This document shows positions 49,273 through 60,779 of a stretch of DNA of 64,000 bases, piece by piece. The stretch is from contig NW_027590143.1 of assembly GCF_964213995.1 (NCBI RefSeq), positions 868,001 to 932,000 on the forward strand. The letters run 5' to 3'. The stretch comes from Mustelus asterias (taxonomy: Eukaryota). Below the pieces are notes generated by a model. The model worked only from the letters and a program-made list of their open reading frames with translations. It did not search any database and was not told the origin of the DNA. Both the position numbers and the translations under genes were made by a program. Each line of letters opens with the position of its first letter. Position 1 is the stretch's first letter.

Positions 49273-50705
49273 GGTTTTTGTACAGCGACAGATGAGTTTT
49301 AAACCTCTGTGTCTCCCAACACGCAGAAATAGACAGCGGTGTCTTGGATTTCTGCTCGAGGAATCGTTAAAGGAAAGTTATTTTCTGCATTCCTCTGGCC
49401 GGCCTCCAATTTTCCCTTTGCAAAACCTGCGTCTCTTCTGTTGCTTCTATCTTGATACAAAATGGATGAGAATATAGGAGGCATTGGACGAGAATATAGG
49501 AGGCATGGTTAGTAAGTTTGCAGATGACAACACGATTGGTGGCACAGTGGAAAGTAAAGAAAGTTACCTCCGATTGCAAAGGGAACTTGATCAATTGGGC
49601 CAGTGAGCTGACGAATGGCAGATGGAGTTTAATTTAGGTAAATGGGAGGTGATGCATTTTGATAGATTGAACCAGTGCAGGACTTACTCAGTTAATGGTC
49701 GGGCGTTGGGGAGAGTTACAGACCAAAGAGATCTAGGGGTGCAAGTTCATTGTTCCTTGAAAGTGGAGTCACAGGCGGGCAGAGTGGTGAAGATGACATT
49801 CAGCATGCTTGGTTTGATTGGTCAGAACATTTAATACAGCAGTTGGGATGTCTTCTTGAAGTTGTACAAGACATAGGTAAGGCCACCCTTGGAATACTGT
49901 GTACAGTTCTGGTCACCCTATTATAGAAAGGATACTATTAAACTAGAAAGAGTGCAGAAAAGATTTACTAGGATGCTACCGGGATTTGATCGTTTGAGTT
50001 ATAAGGAGAGGCTGGATAGACTGGGACTTTTTTCTCTGGAGCGTAGAAGGCTGAGGGGTGATCTTACAGAGGTCTATAAAATAATGAGCGGCACAGATCA
50101 GCAATATATTCAATATATTTTCCCAAAGATAAGTGAGTCGAGACCTAGAGGGCAGAGTTCTAAGGTGAGAGGGGAGAGATACAAAAGTGTTCAGCGGGGC
50201 AATTGTTTCACACAGAGGGTGATGAGTGTCTGGAACAAGCTGCCAGAGGTAGTGGTGGAGTGGGTATAATTTTGTCTTTTAAAAAGCATTTAGACACTTA
50301 CATGAGTAAGATGGGTATTGAGGGATATGGGCCAAATACGGGCAATTGGCATGAGCTTCGGGGTTTCAAAAAAGGGCGACATGGACAAGTTGGGCCGAAA
50401 AAAATAAAATAAAATGCGGAGCTTGGCCGTATGCTGTCCATACCAGTAAAGACCAGGATCGCTGTAAGTTGTCCTGTAGCTGCAGTCCATTTTCACTCTA
50501 TCGCCTTCATTAATATACAGTTCAATCTGGGGTTGCGACACAGAATCTGCTTGAATCAGCCCTGAAATAAAATATATGGAAAGGTTTAATCAACACTGAG
50601 TGGAGAGTCCATTAACATCACAATACTGCCGGCAAAAAGAAAGTTATCGTTTTCCATACCGAACACCAGCCACAATATAACCAGATGACAAAAAAAGAGC
50701 CTCAT
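49273..50705 (-). pseudogene. TRAV-type gene disrupted by CR1: leader 50705-50660, V exon 50561-49312, RSS 49311-49273
   Basis: MRLFFCHLVILWLVF|GTATGG; ADSVSQPQIELYINEGDRVKMDCSY..LYWY [CR1] ILYQD..NFPLTIP..DTAVYFCVLG; CACAGAG-23-ACAAAAACC. Confidence 0.9.
49463..50400 (+). mobile_element. CR1 3' fragment inserted in a V exon
   Basis: SKFADD..WQMEFN..EYCVQFWSP; same subfamily as 17721-18600. Confidence 0.92.
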
Positions 50706-52072
50706 TATTTCGTGGCCGGTGATGTCTTTGAATTGCATGTGTGGAGATATGGATATATTTACTATTGTAATCCTTTAAATTAAGCGACTGTTGTTCAGAA
50801 AGGTGAAACAGAAGGCGAGAAAGAGTCTCGTGAAATTATTTTCCAATATAAAGTAGCAATGCGATAACTGGGTAGCAGCTTGTTAACAAGAGTCTGAGTG
50901 GTCAGATATAGTTTTTCTCGTTCCTGTTACACCATCTGACCATGTCACTGTTCTGGACAGGGCCTGTGTTTGGAATTTAGCCCCGCCCCATCTCTCCTCA
51001 CGCCACTTGTTCGGAACATATAACATTCGGACATGAAAGCTGCCATTGAACTTGATGAGAGATGCAAAGAAACGAAAATGGTGAATGAGAGAAACTGGCA
51101 GAGACGAAGCAGGCCAGAAATAGAGGAGAAATGGGAGGTCGAACAAAACACAAATCCAAAAGGAAAACGTGAATGAGGCACCTTTTTATTCTTTTTGTTG
51201 CTTGTTTTATTTTTTCTCTTTCGGCGACTATAGGAAGACTATCATTTATTGTCCATAATTAACGTCACATAAACAAATTGTGAGAATCGTCTTCCTGAAG
51301 CACACCAGTGTAAATGTTGAATGTGCTCCCATGCTGTTATTATGGGGATGCTTGTAGGATTTTGGACGAGAGATAGCTACAGGAACGATTGTTTATGCCG
51401 GAGTTAGGATTGGATATGATTTATGGAATCACTGGATAAATCGACACAGAAGGAAGTCATTCGGCCAAGTTGCTTGTACTTCTAGTCTGCAAGAGCTGTC
51501 CCTTCAGACCAGTTACATATTCTATGTCCATGGACTTGCACATTTGTCCATTTCAAATCGGAAACCAGCCATTTATTACTGTATGTGTTTCCACTAATCC
51601 CTGAGGCAGCGTTTTGAAGATCATAAAGACACGCTTTGAACATAACCATATATTTCCCCAGCATTTCTATTTACTAGTTATCTTTAATTAGTGTCCTCTC
51701 GTACCTGTTGACCATGGAAATAATTCCTCCTCATCTATTATATGAACCCTCATTGTTCCACAGGACCAGGCTGAGGAGAAGGCAGTTGGTTTGTTCACTA
51801 CATTTATTTATTTATTTTAAGTTAAATTTGTGTAAAGAAATCGGAGGTTTTTTTTAAAACAGGAAGTGGGCCCAGCAGGAGTCTGGGAAGGTTTTTGGAG
51901 GGTTTAAAAGTAGGCCACACTTTTGAGCGGGCAGCGTCGTTAGCGGGCAGCAGAGTGAGCAGGAGGCAGAGTGAAAGCTGTAGGGCTTTGGCTCACAGGG
52001 CTTGGGCAAGCAGGGGTGAGTTAATTCATTTTCTGCTGTTTCTACCTGGTACTGGCAAGGTATCGAGAGGGG

Positions 52073-52993
52073 ATGGGTGTGAAGGCAGTGCAATGTTCCT
52101 CTTGCACTATGTTCGAGGTGAGGGACGACGTCAGTGTCCCTGCTGATTATACCTGTGAGAAGTGCATCCATCTGCAGCTCCTCCAAAACCGTGTAAGGGA
52201 ACTGGAGCTGGAGTTGGAGGAACTTAGGATCATTAGGGATGCAGAGATGGCCATAGACAGAAGCTTCAGGGATACAGTTACTCCGAGGAATGAAAATAGA
52301 TCGGTGACGGTGAGAGGGGCTGGGAAGAAGCAGTCGGTGCAGGGATCCCCTGTGGTCGTTCCCCTTAGCAACAAGTATTCCGCTTTGGATACGGTTGAGG
52401 GGGACGACATACCAGTGGTGAGCCGCAGTGAGAGGATCTCCAGCACTGAGTCCGTCCCTGTGGCTCAGGAGGGTAAGGAGGAGAGCGGGAGGGCAATAGT
52501 TATTGGGGACTCATTAGTTAGAGGGATAGATAGGAGGTTCTGTGGCAGCAAAAGAGACTCGAGGATGGTTTGTTGCCTAGCGGATGCCAGGGTCCGTGAC
52601 GTCTCGGACCGTGTTTTCCGGATTCTTAAGGGGGAGGGGAAACAGTCACAAGTCGTGGTACACATTGGTACCAACGACATAGGTAAGAGAAGGGACGGGG
52701 ATTTAAAACAGGAATTTCGGGAGCTGGGCTGGAAGCTGAGAGCAAAGACAAAACATGTGGTCATCTCTGGTACGCTACCGGTGCCACGTGATAGCGAGTT
52801 GAGGAACAGGGAGAGAGTGCACTTAAACATGTGGTTGCAGGGATGGTGCAGGAGGGAGGGTTTCAGATACGTGGATAATTGGAACACGTTCTGGGGAAGG
52901 TGGGACCTCTACAAACAGGACGGGGTGCACCTGAACCAGAGGGGCACCAATATCCTGGGAGGGAAATTTGCTACGGCTCTTCAGGGGGATTGA
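52073..52993 (+). CDS. CR1 ORF1 (zinc finger/coiled coil + SGNH/GDSL esterase)
   Basis: CSSC..CEKC, heptad LELELEELR, VIGDSLVR, HIGTND, DGVHLN motifs. Confidence 0.92.
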   Translation: MGVKAVQCSSCTMFEVRDDVSVPADYTCEKCIHLQLLQNRVRELELELEELRIIRDAEMAIDRSFRDTVTPRNENRSVTVRGAGKKQSVQGSPVVVPLSNKYSALDTVEGDDIPVVSRSERISSTESVPVAQEGKEESGRAIVIGDSLVRGIDRRFCGSKRDSRMVCCLADARVRDVSDRVFRILKGEGKQSQVVVHIGTNDIGKRRDGDLKQEFRELGWKLRAKTKHVVISGTLPVPRDSELRNRERVHLNMWLQGWCRREGFRYVDNWNTFWGRWDLYKQDGVHLNQRGTNILGGKFATALQGD

Positions 52994-55896
52994 CACTAAT
53001 TTGTCAGGGGAGTGGGAAAAGGAGTTGTAGTCCGGAAGTCAGTGTTGAGGGTGGTGAGATATTGGGGAAGGTATCAAGGTCAAGGGTGGGTACAGGTAGA
53101 CAGGAAGATGGGTTGAAGTGTGTCTACTTCAATGCAAGGAGCATCCGGAACAAGGTGGATGAACTTGGGGCGTGGATTGCTACTTGGGACTACGATGTTG
53201 TGGCCATTACGGAGACGTGGGTAGAACAAGGACAGGAATGGTTGTTGGACGTTCCGGGGTATAGATGTTTCAGTAAGTGTAGGGAAGCTGGTAAAAGAGG
53301 TGGAGGAGTAGCATTGTTAATCAAGGATAGTTTAACGGCTGCGGAAAAGCACTTTGAGGGGAATATGCACACTGAGGTAATATGGGCTGCAGTTAGAAAC
53401 AGGAAAGGAGCGGTCACATTGCTAGGAGTTTACTATAGGCCCCCAAATAGTAATAGAGATGTGGAGGAAGAAATTGCAAAGCAGATTATGGATACGTGTG
53501 GGGGTCACAGGGTAGTTGTCATGGGGGACTTTAACTTTCCAAATATTGATTGGAACCTTTGTAGGTCGAATAGTTTGGATGGGGCACTTTTTGTGCAGTG
53601 TGTGCAGGAGGGTTTCCTGACACAATATGTGGATAGGCCGACAAGGGGTGAGGCCACATTGGATTTGGTACTGGGAAATGAACCAGGCCAAGTGTTAGAT
53701 TTGGTTGTGGGAGAGAACTTTGGAGATAGTGACCACAATTCGGTGTCTTTTGTTATTGCAATGGAGAGGGATAGGGCCGGACGGCAGGGCAAGGCTTACA
53801 ATTGGGGGAGAGGTAATTATGATGCGATTAGGCAAGAATTAGGGGGCATAAGATGGGAACAGAAACTGTCAGGGAAAGGCACTGATGAAAAGTGGAACTT
53901 TTTCAAGGAACAAATACTGGGTGTCCTTGATAGGTATGTCCCTGTCAGGCAGGGAGGAAATGGCCGAGTGAGGGAACCGTGGTTCACAAAAGAGGTGGCA
54001 TGTCTTGTGAAAAGGAAGAGGGAAGCTTATGTAGGGATGAGGAAACAAGGTTCAGATGGCTCGATTGAGGGTTACAAGTTAGCAAGGAATGAGCTGAAAA
54101 AGGGGCTCAGGAGAGCTAGGAGGGGACATGAGAAGTCCTTGGCGGGTCGGATCAAGGAAAACCCCAAGGCTTTTTACTCTTATGTGAGGAATAAAAGAAT
54201 GACCAGGGCGAGGTTAGGGCCGGTCAAGGACAGTGGTGGGAACTTGTGTATGGAATCAGTAGAGATAGACGAGGTGATGAATGAATACTTTTCTTCAGTG
54301 TTCACCAAGGAGAGGGGCCATGTTTTTCAGGAAGAGAAGGTGTTACAGGCTAATAGGCTGGAGGAAATAGATGTTCGGAGGGAGGATGTCTTGGCAGTTT
54401 TGAATAAACTGAAGGTCGATAAGTCCCCTGGGCCTGATGAAATGTATCCTAGGATTCTTTGGGAGGCGAGGGATGAGATTGCAGAGCCTTTGGCTTTGAT
54501 CTTTGGGTCCTCGCTGTCCACGGGGATGGTGCCAGAGGACTGGAGAGTGGCAAATGTTGTTCCTCTGTTTAAGAAAGGGAATAGAAATGACCCTGGTAAT
54601 TATAGACCGGTTAGTCTGACTTCGGTGGTTGGTAAATTGATGGAAAAGGTCCTTAGGGATGGGATTTACGACCATTTAGAAAGATGCGGATTAATCCGGG
54701 ATAGTCAGCACGGATTTGTGAAGGGCAAATCGTGCCTCACAAATTTGATAGAATTTTTTGAGGAGGTAACTAGGTGTGTTGATGAAGGTAGGGCGGTTGA
54801 TGTCATATACATGGATTTTAGTAAGGCGTTTGATAAGGTCCCCCATGGTCGGCTTATGATGAAAGTAAGGAGGTGTGGGATAGAGGGAAAGTTGGCCGAT
54901 TGGATAGGTAACTGGCTATCTGATCGAAGACAGAGGGTGGTGGTGGATGGAAAATTTTCGGACTGGAGGCAGGTTGCTAGAGGAGTGCCGCAGGGATCGG
55001 TGCTTGGTCCTCTGCTCTTTGTGATTTTTATTAATGACTTAGAGGAGGGGGCTGAAGGGTGGATCAGTAAATTTGCTGATGACACCAAGATTGGTGGAGT
55101 AGTGGATGAGGTGGAGGGCTGTTGTAGGCTGCAAAGAGACATAGATAGGATGCAAAGCTGGGCTGAAAAATGGCAAATGGAGTTTAACCCTGATAAATGT
55201 GAGGTGATTCATTTTGGTAGGACTAATTTAAATGTGGATTACAGGGTCAAAGGTAGGGTTCTGAAGACTGTGGAGGAACAGAGAGATCTTGGGGTCCATA
55301 TCCACAGATCTCTAAAGGTTGCCACTCAAGTGGATAGAGCTGTGAAGAAGGCATATAGTGTGTTAGCTTTTATTAACAGGGGGTTGGAGTTTAAGAGCCG
55401 TGGGGTTATGCTGCAACTGTACAGGACCTTGGTGAGACCGCATTTGGAATATTGCGTGCAGTTCTGGTCACCTCACTATAAGAAGGATGTGGAAGCGCTG
55501 GAAAGAGTGCAGAGGAGATTTACCAGGATGCTGCCTGGTTTGGAGCGTCGGTCTTATGAGGAAAGGTTGAGGGAGCTGGGGCTGTTCTCTCTGGAGCGGA
55601 GGAGATTGAGGGGAGACTTAATAGAGGTTTATAAAATGATGAAGGGGATAGATCGAGTGAACGTTCAAAGACTATTTCCTCGGGTGGATGGAGCTATTAC
55701 AAGGGGGCATAACTATAGGGTTCATGGTGGGAGATATAGGAAGGATATCAGAGGTAGGTTCTTCACGCAGAGAGTGGTTGGGGTGTGGAATGGACTGCCT
55801 GCAGTGATAGTGGAGTCAGACACTTTAGGAACATTTAAGCGGTTATTGGATAGGCACATGGAGCACACCAGGATGGTAGGGAGTGGGATAGCTTGA
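52879..55896 (+). CDS. CR1 ORF2 (AP endonuclease + reverse transcriptase), uninterrupted; true start probably near the ORF1 stop
   Basis: YFNARS, ITETW, GDFN, SDH, YRPVSLTS, DFSKAFD, GVPQGSVLGP, FADD motifs. Confidence 0.95.
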   Translation: MEHVLGKVGPLQTGRGAPEPEGHQYPGREICYGSSGGLTLICQGSGKRSCSPEVSVEGGEILGKVSRSRVGTGRQEDGLKCVYFNARSIRNKVDELGAWIATWDYDVVAITETWVEQGQEWLLDVPGYRCFSKCREAGKRGGGVALLIKDSLTAAEKHFEGNMHTEVIWAAVRNRKGAVTLLGVYYRPPNSNRDVEEEIAKQIMDTCGGHRVVVMGDFNFPNIDWNLCRSNSLDGALFVQCVQEGFLTQYVDRPTRGEATLDLVLGNEPGQVLDLVVGENFGDSDHNSVSFVIAMERDRAGRQGKAYNWGRGNYDAIRQELGGIRWEQKLSGKGTDEKWNFFKEQILGVLDRYVPVRQGGNGRVREPWFTKEVACLVKRKREAYVGMRKQGSDGSIEGYKLARNELKKGLRRARRGHEKSLAGRIKENPKAFYSYVRNKRMTRARLGPVKDSGGNLCMESVEIDEVMNEYFSSVFTKERGHVFQEEKVLQANRLEEIDVRREDVLAVLNKLKVDKSPGPDEMYPRILWEARDEIAEPLALIFGSSLSTGMVPEDWRVANVVPLFKKGNRNDPGNYRPVSLTSVVGKLMEKVLRDGIYDHLERCGLIRDSQHGFVKGKSCLTNLIEFFEEVTRCVDEGRAVDVIYMDFSKAFDKVPHGRLMMKVRRCGIEGKLADWIGNWLSDRRQRVVVDGKFSDWRQVARGVPQGSVLGPLLFVIFINDLEEGAEGWISKFADDTKIGGVVDEVEGCCRLQRDIDRMQSWAEKWQMEFNPDKCEVIHFGRTNLNVDYRVKGRVLKTVEEQRDLGVHIHRSLKVATQVDRAVKKAYSVLAFINRGLEFKSRGVMLQLYRTLVRPHLEYCVQFWSPHYKKDVEALERVQRRFTRMLPGLERRSYEERLRELGLFSLERRRLRGDLIEVYKMMKGIDRVNVQRLFPRVDGAITRGHNYRVHGGRYRKDIRGRFFTQRVVGVWNGLPAVIVESDTLGTFKRLLDRHMEHTRMVGSGIA

Positions 55897-56299
55897 TCTT
55901 GGTTTCAGATGAAGGTCGGCACAACATCGTGGGCCGAAGGGCCTGTTCTGTGCTGTAATGTTCTATGTTCTATGTTTCGGACACAGATAATTTTGCACTC
56001 TGACGCGCTTCAACGCATTCAATGAAACATTACAGAACGTTGCAAAATGGTTATTTCAGAAAGTGCAGTGATACTGAAGTTTTCTGCAAAGATAATGTTG
56101 CACATTGAAGAGCTTCAGTGCAATCAATGGAACATAATACATCTTTCAAGATCGTCAATACAGGAAGGGCGATGTCATTTAGGTTGTCTACATTGAACAA
56201 GTTACACTCTCAGGTGCTTCAGTAGAATTGCGAGAGGTGTAATATTCACTGCATTCATTCAATGTGAGTCCAACAGCATGGGGCGTTCATATAGAGTTC

Positions 56300-56640
56300 T
56301 GCTCCCCTCAGATCACAATGGCCGAAAGGTCGCCGTTTTCCCCATTGCGCCTTTGCAGCAACTGCCCCAAGGTTTAGTGCGTCCCTCAATCGGTAGTCCT
56401 GTGCCCAGGAATGTGTTGTCTGCAACACTCGATCGAGGACAATTCTTTGCACATGAAGATCAACTCGTTTCGGGAAGGCAAATCGTGTATTTTACCGAGT
56501 TGAAAATTCTCCAACAGCAATTGGTGCTTGTCTCGGTTTGTCCCTGGGAACAGCTCGTAGAGCACAGAGTCCTTCATCACGGAGTTGCTTAGGATGAACC
56601 TCGACCAATAAAAAAAGCTTCTCATCACCTCGGGATATAA
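56300..56640 (-). mobile_element. Degenerate Tx1/L1-type LINE ORF2 C-terminal fragment
   Basis: QDYRLRDALNLGAVAAKAQWGK and SVLYELFPGT segments. Confidence 0.55.
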
Positions 56641-58050
56641 ATGGATAGTTTATCTGCTACGTTCGGGTTTTGTGTCTCAGTGACTCACTGACACAGTAAC
56701 ACACCCCAGCGCCTGATACCGATGTGCTGTCTCCATTAGGACTGGTCAAAGGTCTTGTTGAGTGAATGAAGAGTTTGAAGAGTCTGTGGCGTTTCTGCTA
56801 ACAGATGAAATGACAAATTTCAGGCCACGGTTCTGTTGCATGCTGAACGAGCGGATGCTCCCAGGGCATCAGATGATTGTATTTCATTGGATTTCAATCG
56901 ATTGTCACTCTTGTGTTAATATCTGCTGTGATTGAGAGATCGCAGACACTCCACCGATAATTGTCCATGCAAACGAAAGTTGTTTTTTATGGTCAACACT
57001 CTCCTTCAAAAATTGCTCGCTTAAAATCAAAACGGGAAGCTGCAATTCCACTAATTGCCGTTTCCTGGTTTCTGCATTCTCTCGATCCAGAATATTAAAG
57101 GAGAATGACGTCAATGGAGGTTTAATGGAATAAGTAATCGTATATATTACTTCCATGGTAAATATCTTTCATGTCGTCACCGAGGACAAAGTAGAAATGC
57201 AACACTGATGTGTGGTTTACGATTAGTTGCCTTGGGACAGAATTTTCATATATCCTTTTCAGTAAAAGGCAGAATTATCTCCTTCGCTCAGCCAACTCGG
57301 AGTTTCAAAGTCGCAAAAGCTTAGCTCAGTTTCTCTCTCCACAGAGTCTTTCCAGCAATTTTCTGTTTTTATTTCAGATCTCCCCTATCATATGTACACA
57401 TAGACATCCATTATTTCATATTGGCACCGAGAACATACCCGTCGGTTTAATGTTGCAATTCCTCCTGTGTTTCATTATATCCAAGGAAATGACTAATAAC
57501 GGCATTTGGTGTGGAAATTAATATTTGACATTAATGCGGGAGTGTTTGATATGTCTGTCGATATGCTGGGCGTTGGATATACATGATTTGTACAATGTGC
57601 ATTGGCTGCAAGTTGTTGATTAATCTCACTCCTAACAACAGCAACATGCATCACATTCTGGAGTACTTCCATGGAGTGGAATGTAAATTGACTACTGGAA
57701 TTTTTTCAAAGTATCAAAATATTACGATGGACCTGAGCACCAGCTGATGGTCCATTATGCGGGATATCTGTTATTGAAACCTGTAAGGGAGAGACAAGGG
57801 AGAAATGTAGGTGGAGATATGGGAAGAAAACAAGAGGGATTGAATAATTGGAATTGGAGGCGAGACCTGGAGTTAAGCAGAGCAAGAACCGGTGATATAA
57901 ATGAATGAATCAGGAATAGATTTAGAGGAAGATACAATCAGAGAAACAGCTGCAGCAAAACAGACATAAACGAACTAAAAAATGGGGAATATTTGTTCCA
58001 AGTGTTATTTTCACTCCCAGATATTTGATACATTCTGTGTTTTGTTGCAG

Positions 58051-58328
58051 AAATAGTGATGATTCTGTGTCCAATGATCAATCTGAATTAAGGGTTCTCC
58101 AAGCACAGAGCATAATGCTGGATTGTAAATACTCGACAGCTACTCTCTCTACTCTGTTCCTGTATCCCAGCGAAACTCCGAGATATTTAATGAGGATTTA
58201 TAGCTCGGAGGATGTGGAAAAATATTGCCTACTTTGTACAAAGGAACACTGTTCCTCAAATGTCACCAGGACGCTTCTCTCCGATTGTGTTTCTGCTGCA
58301 GAGAAAGAGCGGATCCCAGACAAAAGCA
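58051..58328 (+). pseudogene. Decayed V pseudogene related to the V at 12550-12880; heptamer lost, nonamer ACAAAAGCA at 58320-58328
   Basis: DDSVSNDQSELRVLQAQSIMLDCKYST..PRYLMRIYS..TLLSD; spacer remnant similar to that at 12559-12582. Confidence 0.7.
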
Positions 58329-58353
58329 CCGCACTGATAGTTCCAGTTAGTGA

Positions 58354-58367
58354 TCAGCAGAGGGCGC
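58354..58367 (+). promoter_or_regulatory. CTCF-type motif 25 bp beyond RSS nonamer
   Basis: TCAGCAGAGGGCGC. Confidence 0.7.
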
Positions 58368-58959
58368 GCTCACCCGAAAAACAGGAATAATAAGCGAGAG
58401 TAACAGAAATGTATTATAATTCCGAGCGAAGGCACTCACCAAAGTGAGTTCGTGGTGCGTCAGCTGACATTTTGTCTTTGGTGTTATTTCCTAGTCTGTA
58501 TCAATTATTGGCCAGCCCTTTCCCATCTCCCCTTTCCGTTTCTCGGTCCATTTGATCACAGTCGGTACACAGCGTGCTTGTGTGAATGCTTTTTTGCGAA
58601 TATTACTGAATTTCCCCACAATGCCACTGTCATTTCGAGCGTAATTTTAGAGCTTTGTTGTTTCCTGATACCTTTTACGGCCTTACCATAACTAGATCAG
58701 GATTTTCTTCTGATGTGAATAACACCAAAGGACACCTTGCCCCGATAAGGACATTAATTATATCCCAGTTCAGTGTTCTTCCATTTACTCGCAGTCACCT
58801 CACCAGACTGGGAATTGTGGACAAAACATGTCGCACATTTTCTCTCTGTTCGCAAGCATGGTTTGAATCACAAATTTAAACCCACTACCGTCTTATTTCT
58901 TTTTTTCGGGTTTGAACCTTGGAGATTCTGTCATTCAGCCGCTATCCTTTGATGTTATC

Positions 58960-59380
58960 AGTGATCGGTGGATATGTACGTCGAGATCTCTCTGCTTATC
59001 AATACGCCTAAGGGTTCTACCTTTCCTATATAATCCCGACATGCATTGGACCTTCCAAAATGCATTATCTCACACTTGTCCAGATTAAACTCCATCTGCC
59101 ATTTTTCCGCCCAAGTCTCCAACCGGTTTATCTTTTGCTGTAGCTGTATCCTCTGACAATCCTCTTCACTCTCCGCAACTCCACACATTTGTGTGTCGTC
59201 TGTGAACTTACAATTATACCAACTACATTTTCCTCCAAATCATTTACATATACTACGAACAGCAAAGGTTCCGGAACTAATCCCTGTGGATCATGGCTAG
59301 TCACAGCCTTCCAGTCAGAAAATCACCCCTCTACCGCTACCCTCTGTCTTCTATGGCTAAACCTGTTCTGTATCCATCTT
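58960..59380 (-). mobile_element. Internal CR1 RT fragment
   Basis: WAEKWQMEFNLDKCEIMHFG. Confidence 0.85.
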
Positions 59381-59540
59381 CCCGCAGAGAACATACGGCG
59401 CATGTGCAGTTTCGCCTTCGGCATCTTTCATATTAAATTAATAATTGTATTTTTATTTACATATAAATCACCTCCCGGTGGCCTGTCTGGTTCAGAATTT
59501 CAGTCACTTTCTCCATTTCTGAACAGTCGTTTTTTTTCTT

Positions 59541-59748
59541 AAAATAAACGGCGGGTGTCGGGGCTGGTGGTGACGTCACTGAAATAGGACGGCCAGTCCT
59601 TCCCCACCACTGGCTCCTGATGTTCCGCCAAAGAGCTGCAGCTGGTCCAGGGTACGGCCAAGATGTGACATTGTGATGAGCAGCAGCAGCAGCTGCAGGG
59701 AGTGTCCCAGTGACCCCTGGCGCCAGGAGGGGAAAGAGCAGCAAGCAT
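59541..59748 (-). pseudogene. Possible relic of a single-exon leader-V gene
   Basis: LLLFPLLAPGVTG leader-like start, NVT motif, frameshifted SDV..DTAVYF end; no clear RSS. Confidence 0.3.
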
Positions 59749-59834
59749 AGTCTCTGCCCAATGGCTACACCCAGGTCAATTGTTCAGTGACACTGGGAAC
59801 CTCTTAAATTTAATCTTCAGCTTCTCAGATTCAC

Positions 59835-59945
59835 CCCCATCCATCCCTCCATCCATTGCTCCCTCCCTCGATCGGTCCATCGGTCCATCCATCCGTCCAT
59901 CCCTTCCTCCCTCCATCCGTCCCGACATGTGTCCCTCCATTCACA
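59835..59945. repeat. (CCAT/CCGT/CCCT)n simple repeat
   Basis: Tetranucleotide periodicity. Confidence 0.8.
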
Positions 59946-60354
59946 CAACAAGAACTATTCAGTCTGCACAGCAGCTTCAGTCTCATCCCCCAGTTTGTTT
60001 TCCACCCTTTATCACACCAATTCTTCTCCCACATGTTTCACATCATTACATTATAATACAAACTTGATAACCTCTCCAATTTGACATTTGTTCAGGGGTA
60101 CAGACAGCAGATAAATGATCAACTACAACCCCACCCTGGGCTATGGTGAAACATTTATACATTAGCTCATTACACAATTAAACCCACACACTGGTTTTAA
60201 GTTTGCTTCCGTTACCCAGCAGGTTGAGTAAACTGAAATTGACCTCAACACTTTATGGTCTCTGTCTCTGCGTTTGTGAGACTGTCCGTAATAGTGTGTA
60301 TGTCTGTGTGTGTGTGTCTCTGTGTGTTCTTCTGAGAGTATATGTTTTTGATTT

Positions 60355-60642
60355 TGTTGTATTTGATTTATTATTGTCATGTGTATTAGTATACAGTGAA
60401 AAGTATTGTTTCTTGCGCGCTATACAAACAAAGCATACCGCACATAGAGAACAGTAAGAAGGCCCAAAACGCCAGGTTAAGGTTTATTTGGAATCACGAG
60501 CTTTCGGAGCGCTGCTCCTTCATTGCGTGAGTGGAAAGGTAGGTTTCACAAACACGGCATTACACGCACATAGAGAAGGAAATGAGAGATTGCAGAATGT
60601 AATGTTACAGTCATAGCTAGGGTGTAGAGAAAGATCAATTTA
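60355..60642 (-). mobile_element. Rex-type LINE tail with nested Penelope-like fragment (60452-60564, TSD CGCACATAGAGAA)
   Basis: Same tail as 15030-15200; 13-bp direct repeat at 60439-60451 and 60565-60577. Confidence 0.75.
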
Positions 60643-60779
60643 ATTGAAACATTGTTATAGATTTCAAAAGAATTAGAATAGAGTTTTAGAAGCAAAGACC
60701 GAGAGTAAAAGATAACATCAGAGAGATGCGGGGCACAGCATGCAATAAGTCGCTATGGTCCGACGCCATCCTGATTTTT

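Larger units (their letters stand above)
51790..55977 (+). mobile_element. Full-length CR1 LINE
   Basis: 5' UTR (start approximate), ORF1, ORF2, 3' UTR with (GTTCTAT)n tail. Confidence 0.93.
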
